64,000 bases of DNA from Anaerohalosphaeraceae bacterium (GTDB lineage Bacteria; Planctomycetota; Phycisphaerae; Sedimentisphaerales; Anaerohalosphaeraceae): contig CAXXSL010000001.1 of the NCBI GenBank assembly GCA_963675525.2, positions 1-64,000 on the forward strand. Reading direction: 5' to 3'. Below are positions 21,855 to 31,301 of this stretch, piece by piece. Position numbers and translations under genes: made by a program. Under the pieces are notes generated by a model that made no database searches, was not told where the DNA came from, and saw nothing but the letters and a program-made list of their open reading frames with translations. How positions within the stretch are numbered: the stretch's first letter is position 1; the number at the start of each line of letters is the position of its first letter.

Positions 21855-22346
21855 TTAACGTTTCGAGAACTGGAAGCTCTTACGTGCACCGGGTTTGCCG
21901 GGTTTCTTACGTTCGACCATGCGGCCGTCACGGGTGAGATACCCGCCGTCACGCAATGGCTTCATCAGTGTCGGGTCGTAACTCTTGAGTGCCCGGGCTA
22001 TACCCAGAACAATCGCACCGGCCTGTCCGGTGGTGCCGCCGCCTTTGACGTTGATGAAGATGTCGATCGACTCGCCGACGCCCGCCGAATTGAGCGGAGC
22101 CATGACGGCATTACGATCTTTATCAAGGCTGAAGTATTCGCTAACCTTGCGTTCGTTGATGAGCAACTGGCCCTTGCCGGGTTTGACGCGGACACGTGCG
22201 ACACTGCTTTTGCGTCGGCCGGTGCCCCAGATAAATCCGCCCATGTCCGGCTTGGCGGGCTTAGCGGTTACGACAGGGACAGTTTGGGTTGACTCGGCGA
22301 CCATGTTCGGGTCGATCAACGGACTTTCATTTTTTGCTTCAGTCAT
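21855..22346 (-). CDS. rpsI: 30S ribosomal protein S9 with an N-terminal extension
   Basis: GTGRRKSSVAR and ERKKPG...ARKSFQFSKR motifs. Confidence 0.98.
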   Translation of the reverse strand: MTEAKNESPLIDPNMVAESTQTVPVVTAKPAKPDMGGFIWGTGRRKSSVARVRVKPGKGQLLINERKVSEYFSLDKDRNAVMAPLNSAGVGESIDIFINVKGGGTTGQAGAIVLGIARALKSYDPTLMKPLRDGGYLTRDGRMVERKKPGKPGARKSFQFSKR

Positions 22347-22373
22347 AAAACTTCCGTATTTTCTCTAATTGGG

Positions 22374-22802
22374 TTACAGTTCCATTTTTACGGGCTGTTG
22401 AGCGGCATGGTTATGATCCGGGCCGCTGTACACCTTCAGTTTCTTGAGCATCTTGGCCCCAAGCTTATTCTTAGGCAGCATACGTTTGACCGCCAGCTCG
22501 ACCACGCGTTCAGGATGTGCTTCCATCATCTTGCTAAAGGAGATGATCTTCTGGCCGCCAGGGTATTGGCTGTAGGTCTGATATTCCTTGGTGTCTGCCT
22601 TATCGCCGGTCAGGCGGATCTTTTCGGCATTGACCACGATGACAAAATCACCGGTGTCCACATGCGGGGTATAGATCGGCTTGTCCTTGCCCATCAGGGC
22701 CACGGCGATCTTGACCGCCATCCGGCCGAGAATCTCGCCGTCGGCATCCACAACACGCCAGTTATGTTCAACAGTCTCATTTTTCGCTATAAAACTCTTC
22801 AT
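22374..22802 (-). CDS. rplM: 50S ribosomal protein L13
   Basis: LGRMA, KPIYTPHVDTGD and MLPKN motifs. Confidence 0.98.
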   Translation of the reverse strand: MKSFIAKNETVEHNWRVVDADGEILGRMAVKIAVALMGKDKPIYTPHVDTGDFVIVVNAEKIRLTGDKADTKEYQTYSQYPGGQKIISFSKMMEAHPERVVELAVKRMLPKNKLGAKMLKKLKVYSGPDHNHAAQQPVKMEL

Positions 22803-23082
22803 AATGATATCGCACCAGTCACAATTTTACGGTTACGCACCGTCACAGCAAAAAACGCCACAAAAAAGCCGAATTTGCCGCACGACACCGACTGCCCTGA
22901 AGGGCAATTCATACGGATTTCATTGAAAGCGAGTTATTATAGCCGGATATTGCATCCTGTCAACCGATATTTTCCCAAAAAAAATCAGTATTAACATACA
23001 AAAATACAAGACATAAAAAATCTCTTAACGTGGAACATACCAATGTTGCTTCAGCCAAGACGATACGATAATATAGCAACTT

Positions 23083-24198
23083 ATGGGATTGAAAATAAAT
23101 AATCGGTTTTTTGGGGCATTTTTGTCGTTCCTGCTTTTGATTTCAGGGCAGGGGGAGGCCGTCGAAAAGCTATTTCACGGTGCGTCCGATGTTTCCGCGG
23201 CGGTGTTTTTGGACCAGACCCGTTTTGTGGTTGCTGACGATGAAACCAACATCCTGCGGATATATGACGTCAATATTCCCGAATCCCCGATTTTTTCACT
23301 AGATCTGAACGCTTTTTTAGAGGTTGAGGGTAAATTTCCCGAAGCGGACATCGAAGCCGCCGCCCGCATGGATGACCGAATCTACTGGATCACGTCCCAC
23401 GGACGCAATTCCGGCGGCAAAACGCGATCTAACCGACACCGTTTTTTCTGCACAAAGCTAAATATCGTTAATGATCAACCGCAACTTGAGCCGGTTGGGC
23501 GACCCTGTACGGATCTGATCCGCCAGTTTCCGACACAATCATCGCTGGTTTACAATACCATCACAAAAGCCGCTCGCCCGGATGGATCGCTGTCCAAAAA
23601 AGAGCGGGAAAAAATGGCCCCTAAAAAAGAGGGGCTGAATATTGAAGGGCTTGTGTATTACCGGCCCAATAAAAGCCTCTTGATCGGCCTGCGCAACCCG
23701 CTTTTTTCGCCGGATGGTAAAAAGGGCGGTAACGCGATCGTTGTCGAATTACTGAATCCGCAGGCGGTGGTCGATGACGGCGCCGATGCCCGGTTTGGCA
23801 GGGTGCTTGGCTGGAATCTGAACAATCGGGGCATACGCGGGATGGAATACAGCGACTGCCAGAAAGCATTTTTTATTCTCGCCGGGGCGGTCGATTCGGA
23901 AACGACGTTTGCGCTGTATCGATGGGATGGCGACTTCGCCCATCAGCCGGAATTGGCGACGGTATGGCCCAAAGAGGATTCATTTAATCCTGAAGGCATC
24001 GCTGAATCGCATTTTGGTGGACCGCTTTGGATCTTCAGTGACGATGGAACGCTTGAGATATCGATTGATTCACCCAGCCAATGCCAGGAGGGCGAATTGC
24101 TTGGCAATGGCCGCTGCCCGAACAAATATCTTACGGAAGACAGTTGCAAAACTTTCCGCATCCGTCAAATCACCCCGAACGGTTTGAAACGGCAATAA
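23083..24198 (+). CDS. Secreted DUF3616-type protein
   Basis: Signal peptide; VADDE, DIEAA, WITSHGRN, GLNIEGL and IGLRNP motifs. Confidence 0.75.
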   Translation: MGLKINNRFFGAFLSFLLLISGQGEAVEKLFHGASDVSAAVFLDQTRFVVADDETNILRIYDVNIPESPIFSLDLNAFLEVEGKFPEADIEAAARMDDRIYWITSHGRNSGGKTRSNRHRFFCTKLNIVNDQPQLEPVGRPCTDLIRQFPTQSSLVYNTITKAARPDGSLSKKEREKMAPKKEGLNIEGLVYYRPNKSLLIGLRNPLFSPDGKKGGNAIVVELLNPQAVVDDGADARFGRVLGWNLNNRGIRGMEYSDCQKAFFILAGAVDSETTFALYRWDGDFAHQPELATVWPKEDSFNPEGIAESHFGGPLWIFSDDGTLEISIDSPSQCQEGELLGNGRCPNKYLTEDSCKTFRIRQITPNGLKRQ

Positions 24199-24252
24199 TA
24201 TTTCTCCAGAGTATTTTGGATATGTTTAGGTGAGGATTCTATTATGCGCATT

Positions 24253-24432
24253 AAAAAGGGGTCCGATGGTCGAGCCCTCGCTCATTGGCCTACACGCCTT
24301 AAGGACTTTAATCCTCAGGGTGGGTGCGGATCCCTTATTCCTTCATCGCTGTTTGAGATTGACTCAGGCGTTGCCTATTTCCAGTCTCAAATAGCCACTT
24401 AGGGCTCGTGCCAATTGCTGGCCCGAACGATG
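24253..24432 (-). ncRNA. Structured RNA of ~180 nt, possibly 6S RNA
   Basis: Nested stems (ATTGGC/GCCAAT, GCCCTAAG/CTTAAGGC, GCTATTTGAGACTG/CAATCTCAAACAGC), a GCACCCACC motif reminiscent of 6S RNAs, and a 3' hairpin plus T5. Confidence 0.45.
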
Positions 24433-24599
24433 AATCAACTATTACTACTCTCAGATGACCACGCAGGTTTTAAAAAACTTCGGCTTTTTAATATAAAAAA
24501 TTCGCTTTGATTGGGTTCGTTTGTAAAAAAACAGTCTTGAGACTTTAGGCCTGAATCCTTATAAAAATGTGGAATTGCCTGTCGGCGATGGCAGTTAAA

Positions 24600-24798
24600 G
24601 TAGATTCCTCCGCTGACTGGAAACATTTTTTATGGATTCCATAGCTTCTGCACTATTGCCCGCGATGGCACTAACGACCAAGTCCGATTTATGATTGAGA
24701 AGCTCTGCTCATCCATTACGTACGATAGGATGGTCATCAACAATCAAAATTTCAGTTTTTACGGTATCGAATCTTTTGCTGTTTTTCTTTTTGTTCAC
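24600..24798 (-). pseudogene. Truncated NarL-type receiver domain
   Basis: Hand translation ...TEILIVDDHPIVRNG*AELLNHKSDLVV... with internal TGA at 24709-24711; paralogous to 25533-26222. Confidence 0.7.
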
Positions 24799-24925
24799 AA
24801 TATCTCCGTTTATTATGCTGCCGATGTTGTCTTATCTTGTGCCGTGTATGAGCGCATCTTGTTTGGTCCCCGAAGTCGATTTAACAATGGAATAATTGTT
24901 GAATATTAACGGCTGCTACGTGATC

Positions 24926-25180
24926 TTAAGCGTTAAGCTCCTTGAAAAGTCGGTCAACAACGGTGCCCAATCGCAGATCAAAGTCGTATGTGCCTTCGGC
25001 AAGCTGCTGTCGAAGCGCAAGTACTTTTTCCATGCGAACTTGCGGTAATGTGCAATTGTTCGGTGCCGCCGGGGCGGTGTTTTTATCTTGACCCGCACCA
25101 CTTGCATTCCAATTCAAAGAGATAGTTGTGTTCTCGGCGATTGCAGTCCACATATCCTCTCGCTGACTTAAAACGGACAT
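24926..25180 (-). CDS. flgM: FlgM-like anti-sigma-28 factor
   Basis: C-terminal VRMEKVLALRQQLAEGTY motif after a disordered N-terminus; RBS AAAGGAG. Confidence 0.7.
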   Translation of the reverse strand: MSVLSQREDMWTAIAENTTISLNWNASGAGQDKNTAPAAPNNCTLPQVRMEKVLALRQQLAEGTYDFDLRLGTVVDRLFKELNA

Positions 25181-25357
25181 TTTGAACTCCTTTCATAAGA
25201 CGCTTTAAGCAAAGGTCTAATTATATTACTGCAAACAGGAGTATTGATTCAATTGCCGATCCACGCATGTCTTTCGCTACTTTCCGTGACTGCGTCTGTT
25301 TTCAGCCAAGCCCAACAAAGCTGTTTTCTCGTAAAAATCTGTTCCTATTATTATCCG

Positions 25358-25449
25358 ATAATAACACAAGTTCAGACCGTGTAAATCCGGGCAGAGTCTG
25401 TTTTTGCTGTCAGTGAAAATGCTTACCTGTATGTCAGTGAAATCTTGTA
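25358..25449 (-). promoter_or_regulatory. Promoter with two tandem 18-bp boxes upstream of the flgM-like gene
   Basis: TACAAGATTTCACTGACA and TAAGCATTTTCACTGACA at a 24-bp period, then TTTACA-N16-TATTAT; homologous to 27829-27920. Confidence 0.65.
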
Positions 25450-25532
25450 ATGAGGCTGGAACAAAGAAAACAGTTGTTTCCGAACTGTTGTGTAACTTTT
25501 GATCTGTGAAAGACGACAAGATCGGGATAAAA

Positions 25533-26222
25533 TCACTCTCGGTCCTGACTTTTTGCCCATTTGATGGCATACCGAAGAAGTTCGGCCGCATTCGGTAGAT
25601 TCAGCTTTTCCTTCATGCGTGAGCGATAGGTTTCGATGGTTTTTGTGCTCAGATGAAGCTGTTCAGCGATCTGGGAAGCCTTATACCCTTCGCCAATCAG
25701 ACGGAAAATCTCGAATTCCCGATCACTAAGGCCCTCGATGGGTGTTTTGGTTGTTCCCGCCTTGTCTTGCGCAATTGTATGGAGGAACTTTTTTGAAAGG
25801 GTGCTGCTGACATAGATCTCGCCGCTTAAAACCGTGCGGATCGCCTTGATAATATTATCAGAAACAGCATCCTTCATCAGATAGCCCTGGGCGCCTGCTA
25901 AAAGGGCTCGCCCGGCATACACGGATTCATCATGAACGGAAAGGACAATGACAGACACTTTTGGGTGTCTTGCCTTAAGGCTCTTTGTCAGTTCAATTCC
26001 ATCTGAACGTTTCAGGGATATGTCTGTAACAACAACATCCGGTTTTAATTCAGCGACGGTCTTAAGAGCCTGATAAGCATCATCCGCCTCGCCGCATACA
26101 TTCATATCCGGTTCATGATTGATAATAGTGGTCAGTCCATCGCGTACCACCGGATGGTCATCCACGATAAGAACCTGTGTTTTATTTTGATTATGCTGAT
26201 CCTGGTTTTTCTTCAATGCCAT
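25533..26222 (-). CDS. NarL/FixJ-family response regulator
   Basis: REC domain (IVDDHPVVR) plus LuxR HTH (LSDREFEIF...STKTIETYRSRMKEKL). Confidence 0.95.
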   Translation of the reverse strand: MALKKNQDQHNQNKTQVLIVDDHPVVRDGLTTIINHEPDMNVCGEADDAYQALKTVAELKPDVVVTDISLKRSDGIELTKSLKARHPKVSVIVLSVHDESVYAGRALLAGAQGYLMKDAVSDNIIKAIRTVLSGEIYVSSTLSKKFLHTIAQDKAGTTKTPIEGLSDREFEIFRLIGEGYKASQIAEQLHLSTKTIETYRSRMKEKLNLPNAAELLRYAIKWAKSQDRE

Positions 26223-26245
26223 ATGTCAATCCTTTGCCGGGTGCC

Positions 26246-27685
26246 TTAATTGCCGTTCGGGAAAATACAGGTAACAACCGTTCCGCCTTTGCCGCCTTTA
26301 CGAATGTCAAGAGAGCCGCCGATCAGGTCCGTACGGTACTGCATGATTTTCAATCCAAACCCTTTTTGATGCGGAGATAATTTCGGAAAATCCAGACCGT
26401 CACTTTTGACGGACAGAACGGTTCCTTTTTTTGTCAAACGAAGCGTTATGTTGATATGCTTTGCCTTGCCGTGTCGGACCGCATTGGTCATCGCTTCCTG
26501 AACAATACGATAGATCTGCTTTGCCTCAACAAGATTTTTAACCGAAACCGATTTTCCGCATCGGAATCGACACGTCACGCCCAGGGTCGTTTCTGCATTG
26601 GACGCCAGTGTTTTCAAGGCCGATACCAAACCACCGGTTTCAATATCAACAGGATACAGCATCTTGGCCAGGTCTCTTGTCTGACTAATCGCCTGGTTGG
26701 CAAGTTTTGAAATCGTTAAGGCGGTTTTCTTTTCATCTGATAATTTGCCTTTCAATTTCAGCGCCAATCCCTTGGACATCACAGCAATGCCGGTTAGTAT
26801 CTGGCCCATGCCATCGTGCATTTCCTGACCGATCAGCTCTCGTTCCCTTTCGGTGATATCCAGGATTTCTTTTTCCAGACATCTGCGCCCCGTAATATCC
26901 CGCTCGGTTGTTGTAATGACAAAGGGTTTTCCCTTTTCATCCTTCAACACTGCTGCGGTAAGCGAAATATCCAACATCCGGTTATTTTTAGTAAGACGTT
27001 GTGTTTCAAAAAATTCGATCGTTTCCCCTTTTAGCAGTCTTTCAGTTAGTGATATCATTTCATGCCGCTTATGGTCAGGGATGATCCTGCTGATATCCAT
27101 CTTTATCGCTTCCGCTTCGGTGTATCCATAGATACGCTCGGCACCGAGGTTCCATGAGATAATGTTGCCTTCTAAATCCAGGATAGTAATGGCGTCATTG
27201 GAGTTGCGTACCGCTGCCGCCAATAATTGCAGTTCTTTCTCCATGCGTTTGCGTTCGGTGATGTCGTGGCCGACACAAAGGATTTCGGTAACTTTTGCCT
27301 GTTTGTCATGAATGACTTTGTTTGCCCAGGCGACCCAAACGCGCCGGCCATTCTTGCACATCGCCTCATTCTCATAGGTCGTATATAGTTCAGGATGCCG
27401 TTTGATGTCTCTGATCGACTCCTTGATATTCCGGCCGGAGCTGTCCTTTTCAGGGATGATTGTTCTTATGATATTTTTACCAAGAATTTGCCGCTCCGTA
27501 TAGCCAAAGAATGTCTGGGCGAATTCATTGAAAAAGGTTATTCTCCCGTCTTTTTCCATCCGCAGAATAATACAGTCGGCATTCTCTACAAGCTGACGGT
27601 ACTTATCTTCGCTCACATGCAGCATTTCTTGGGTATGCTCAAGCTTTGTGGCGATGTCCTTTATTTTTTTCGTTTTATTTTTCAC
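26246..27685 (-). CDS. Cytoplasmic PAS-PAS sensor histidine kinase (HisKA_3 type)
   Basis: Two PAS/PAC domains, EMHDGMGQ H-box and QEAMTNAVRHG; no TM helix. Confidence 0.93.
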   Translation of the reverse strand: MKNKTKKIKDIATKLEHTQEMLHVSEDKYRQLVENADCIILRMEKDGRITFFNEFAQTFFGYTERQILGKNIIRTIIPEKDSSGRNIKESIRDIKRHPELYTTYENEAMCKNGRRVWVAWANKVIHDKQAKVTEILCVGHDITERKRMEKELQLLAAAVRNSNDAITILDLEGNIISWNLGAERIYGYTEAEAIKMDISRIIPDHKRHEMISLTERLLKGETIEFFETQRLTKNNRMLDISLTAAVLKDEKGKPFVITTTERDITGRRCLEKEILDITERERELIGQEMHDGMGQILTGIAVMSKGLALKLKGKLSDEKKTALTISKLANQAISQTRDLAKMLYPVDIETGGLVSALKTLASNAETTLGVTCRFRCGKSVSVKNLVEAKQIYRIVQEAMTNAVRHGKAKHINITLRLTKKGTVLSVKSDGLDFPKLSPHQKGFGLKIMQYRTDLIGGSLDIRKGGKGGTVVTCIFPNGN

Positions 27686-27828
27686 CTTTCTTGCCTGCTT
27701 TTTTCGTAAGCCCTGTCGGGAAATTGCATGAGAACATTCAAAAATATGTTTTGTTTATTTTAACATGCTTAAACAGGTTGTCAACCTGATATTTAGCGAC
27801 AACCAGGGTCCGCGAATCAACGTTTGTG

Positions 27829-27920
27829 TAGGGGATTTGACCGACAGCAAGATAGTTAATTTATCTGACATTAAAAACAGATTCTGCTCTGATTTACAGA
27901 GACGTCTTTGTTGCTATGAT
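27829..27920 (+). promoter_or_regulatory. Promoter with two tandem 18-bp boxes upstream of the small-protein operon
   Basis: TAGGGGATTTGACCGACA and TAGTTAATTTATCTGACA at a 24-bp period, then TTTACA-N16-TATGAT. Confidence 0.65.
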
Positions 27921-28002
27921 ATAGGAAAGCGAAGACGGAGTATGTATTGCTGTGTGCGGTGATTGCTCCGATTTAAAAAAAGACAAAAAAGGTAGGTGTA
28001 TT

Positions 28003-28152
28003 ATGCTTTATACATTAGCTGTTATTTTGGTTTTATTGTGGCTTCTGGGGTTTCTGACTTCCTACACCATGGGCGGTCTCATTCACGCGCTGCTGGTGAT
28101 TGCCATTGTGGTCGTCTTGTTTCGAGTTATCAGCGGACGAAAGCCTCTGTGA
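28003..28152 (+). CDS. lmo0937-family small membrane protein
   Basis: MLYTLAVILVLLWLLGFLTSYTMGGLIHALLVIAIVVVLFRVISGRKPL. Confidence 0.85.
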   Translation: MLYTLAVILVLLWLLGFLTSYTMGGLIHALLVIAIVVVLFRVISGRKPL

Positions 28153-28192
28153 CCCTTTTGTGGTTAGACAGGATAATGGAAAGGGAACTTCA

Positions 28193-28402
28193 ATGTCAAT
28201 CAATAAACTTATTGGGCTGGTCATTCTTGCCGGCGGCATCGTTCTAGTGGCCTATGGCATTTCCGCATCAGATTCATTCACTTCGGATGTGTCCCGCTTT
28301 TTCACCGGCTCACCGACTGACAAAGCAATATGGATGACAATCGGTGGAATTGCAGCGATCATTACAGGGTTGTTTGGTCTGTTGCTCCCTCAAAGCAAAT
28401 GA
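28193..28402 (+). CDS. DUF3185-family small membrane protein
   Basis: SDSFTSDVSRFFTGSPTDKAIW between two TM helices. Confidence 0.8.
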   Translation: MSINKLIGLVILAGGIVLVAYGISASDSFTSDVSRFFTGSPTDKAIWMTIGGIAAIITGLFGLLLPQSK

Positions 28403-28488
28403 AGCCGAAAAGCTTCAACGAGAAGAGGACTTAACAAAAACGAGCCTTACAGGACTCTGGATTTAGAAACATTTGAAAGGAAACAAGG

Positions 28489-28899
28489 ATGAAAACAGCA
28501 ATAAATAGTGTGCTAATGTTAGTATTGGTGTGTTTGCACGGCTGTCAATCGAGCAGTCCCCGAGGCGGCGGTATGACCAAAGATGTCGGATTCAAGATTG
28601 CAGTCCCGACCTTCGGCACAGAGATCAAACAGGGTGAGGTCCAAAGCGTGACCATCTCGCTGGAGAGGGGCGATTATTTCAAGCAGGATGTGGAGTTTCA
28701 AATCCAAGCCTCCACGCCCGGCATTAGCGTCGAACCGACCAGCATTCTGATTAAATCGAGTGGCAAGCCTGAGGTGCCTATCCGGATTACAGTTCCAGAA
28801 AATGCGCCAATCGGTGATTATATCATTTATGTAAAAGGTGAGCCGGAAACCGGGGAACCGACCTCTACGGTATTCACCGTGAATGTTGTCTCGCCGTAA
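28489..28899 (+). CDS. Lipoprotein with an Ig-like domain
   Basis: Lipobox LHGC followed by a beta-rich body. Confidence 0.75.
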   Translation: MKTAINSVLMLVLVCLHGCQSSSPRGGGMTKDVGFKIAVPTFGTEIKQGEVQSVTISLERGDYFKQDVEFQIQASTPGISVEPTSILIKSSGKPEVPIRITVPENAPIGDYIIYVKGEPETGEPTSTVFTVNVVSP

Positions 28900-29055
28900 G
28901 AAAAAAAAATTTTATCATAGAAGAAGATGAGAATGAGGAACCGGTCTCGAGGGGAGAACGGGTAACTCTTCTTATCGCCTCGAAAAATATTAATTTTTGC
29001 TGTACGGTACTGTGTGACAAAGTAAAATATCGTTTTTACAGACAAGGGGAATTGT

Positions 29056-29304
29056 ATGAAAAAGATTTTATTATTAACGGCAATGTTTGTGGTTTTTTTC
29101 CTGTTTGCAGGTGGATGTGACAGCAATTGGGGATCGGCGGGTGTGGGTGCGGCAGGCGGAGCGGTTGTTGCTGGCGGCAGTTATGAATATGTCTCCAACC
29201 GGGAAATGAAAAGAATCGAACAGGATTACAAGGACGGCAAGATCGACCAGAGAGAATACGAAATCCGAAAAGATCAGATACAACGAATGTCGATTTTGGA
29301 GTAA
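29056..29304 (+). CDS. Small glycine-zipper lipoprotein
   Basis: Lipobox AGGC, GVGAAGGAVVAGG, and a SHOCT-like tail (GKIDQREYE). Confidence 0.75.
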   Translation: MKKILLLTAMFVVFFLFAGGCDSNWGSAGVGAAGGAVVAGGSYEYVSNREMKRIEQDYKDGKIDQREYEIRKDQIQRMSILE

Positions 29305-29388
29305 ATGGACGGTCCCGGTATATACCGGGAACAATCGTTCCGGGGCGTATCGGGGTGTTTGTCGCCCGATGGTTGAGCCAAAAGCGGC

Positions 29389-29961
29389 TTGTTAACAAAA
29401 GGCATCCTTTTGAAAGCATTCGGAAAAACCGCAATAAACAGGAGATGGAAAAAAGTTGTCATTGTTCTTATGACGGGCATTCTTGCGATCGGATTGCTTG
29501 CTTATAGTAAGAAGCACACAATTATTATTTGCTATTTGCACGCAAATAAGGAAATACAAGAAATGGTCATCAATGAAATGCTCGAAGAAGCAAAACCAAT
29601 AATTGAGCGAGAATTACAAATGTCTTTTGTACAAAAAGTTTATAGTCAGGTGGCAGGCGACAGAAATGAAAAAGAGAGACAGAGAGATGCCCTTGCAGAT
29701 GTCAGAACATTCGTCGAATTGGGTTTTCAGAATCAACGGATCAGATTCAAAGATGTACATAACTTAAGTTCTATTAACAATATTCCTCTCAATGGATTTG
29801 AATTTGCGATGAACTGGAACCGGGGTGATACGGAAGAAGTTTTAGTCGCATTCAATGTCAGTTGCTTAAAGAAAAAAGTTTGTAATATGCAGGTTAATGA
29901 TAATTGCAGTTTTTTCACGGAGCTGAAATCATACGTCGAGACAAAAGCAAGGGAGAATTGA
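29389..29961 (+). CDS. Hypothetical protein
   Basis: AT-rich ORF with an N-terminal hydrophobic segment; start uncertain. Confidence 0.55.
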   Translation: MLTKGILLKAFGKTAINRRWKKVVIVLMTGILAIGLLAYSKKHTIIICYLHANKEIQEMVINEMLEEAKPIIERELQMSFVQKVYSQVAGDRNEKERQRDALADVRTFVELGFQNQRIRFKDVHNLSSINNIPLNGFEFAMNWNRGDTEEVLVAFNVSCLKKKVCNMQVNDNCSFFTELKSYVETKAREN

Positions 29962-30018
29962 TTTCTTAGAGATGATGCTTTTTAATTGGAAATGAAAACT
30001 CTAATAAAGGATACAAAG

Positions 30019-30150
30019 ATGAAAATGCGAAATATCGCCGTGGTGGCAACACTGCTGATGTTGCTAACGTCGGTGTTTTTTCTGACCGGTTGCAACACGT
30101 GGAGTGGATTAGGCAAGGACGTTGAAAGGACGGGCGAGAAAATGCAGTGA
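30019..30150 (+). CDS. Entericidin EcnA/B-family lipoprotein
   Basis: Hand translation MKMRNIAVVATLLMLLTSVFFLTGCNTWSGLGKDVERTGEKMQ* (GCNT..G.G.D motif); too short for the ORF track. Confidence 0.85.
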   Translation: MKMRNIAVVATLLMLLTSVFFLTGCNTWSGLGKDVERTGEKMQ

Positions 30151-30288
30151 CCTGCTCCCTTAAATCTGTTCCAGTTTTACTGAGAGGGTACGGATACAAG
30201 GTATACGAGTGCCGGAGAACGGCTTGTATCTGTGGGTCTGGATAAAGAACGTGTGGTTTGTTCAGTGTTTCCGTATCAGGAGTAAGCC

Positions 30289-31260
30289 ATGCAAAAAGAT
30301 GTAATACAGGTGCATATAAGTTTAAAAAGTGACCGTCTCGTTGCTCTATGTGCGGGAATGTTTATTGGTATCTTTCTTTTGACGTCCTGCGTTGGGTTAA
30401 GTTCTGATCCCGACAACAGCATTCGTGTCCCCGGCGATGTATCTGCTGCCGTCAATGATGTGGCAAAGGATGGCCATGGGCCCACGATGATGATGAGTTA
30501 TCGTAAGGAAGAATTTGTAAAAAACCCGATTGCCTCTTTCATGTATTTTATCCCGCTGATCGCTCCGACGCTTGTCGATAATATATCCAGTGTCAATAAT
30601 GACCAGCAGGTAGGGATCATTTCACACGAACTGAAAGAGAACTCAAAGTCCTTTCAGGTAACCTGTGAATTTGAAATATTGGGGACCGGTTTTCATATGA
30701 ATACCTTTGACTCAGCCGGAATGATAGCTTCCCATACGGACGAATTAAAGAAAGGCCAGACCCTGACAAATATGCTGGATTATATCCGGTTCGACGGCCA
30801 GGGTTACGGTGTGATTGAGGTTAAAGGCGCGATCACCGATTCTGCCCGAATTGTTACCGAGGTGAACATGCAATTTAATGCAAGAGATCATAAAAGCCCC
30901 GTCACCATTGGTCTTTATGATATTAAACCGACGGATGGGAAGTATCGATACGAAAACAGATCGAATGAGATATTTGCCCGCGTCAACACGCTTGTTTTTA
31001 AGAGGGCTGAACAAACCCCAAGGATGGGGATAAAAGTAGCGTCGATCAGTAATACAGGAGGGTCTGAGGGTTTTTTCAGTAGTCTCAAAGGGGCCATCGC
31101 CAATCTGTTTATAATGCCCCCCAAGGTGGACAAGATCGGCAACACGACGATGCTCAAATTTGGCGATGCCTTACTTCAAAAACAACCTGCATTCACTTTT
31201 CCCAGGGCTGAAAATATCAAGGAAAGTAAAGTAGTGGACATAGATTCTATACAAAAATAA
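30289..31260 (+). CDS. Hypothetical lipoprotein
   Basis: 323-aa ORF with RBS AGGAG and lipobox LTSC. Confidence 0.7.
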   Translation: MQKDVIQVHISLKSDRLVALCAGMFIGIFLLTSCVGLSSDPDNSIRVPGDVSAAVNDVAKDGHGPTMMMSYRKEEFVKNPIASFMYFIPLIAPTLVDNISSVNNDQQVGIISHELKENSKSFQVTCEFEILGTGFHMNTFDSAGMIASHTDELKKGQTLTNMLDYIRFDGQGYGVIEVKGAITDSARIVTEVNMQFNARDHKSPVTIGLYDIKPTDGKYRYENRSNEIFARVNTLVFKRAEQTPRMGIKVASISNTGGSEGFFSSLKGAIANLFIMPPKVDKIGNTTMLKFGDALLQKQPAFTFPRAENIKESKVVDIDSIQK

Positions 31261-31301
31261 AACACGGAAAATATATTGCTTCTTCGTTTTTAGAGAGGAT
31301 A

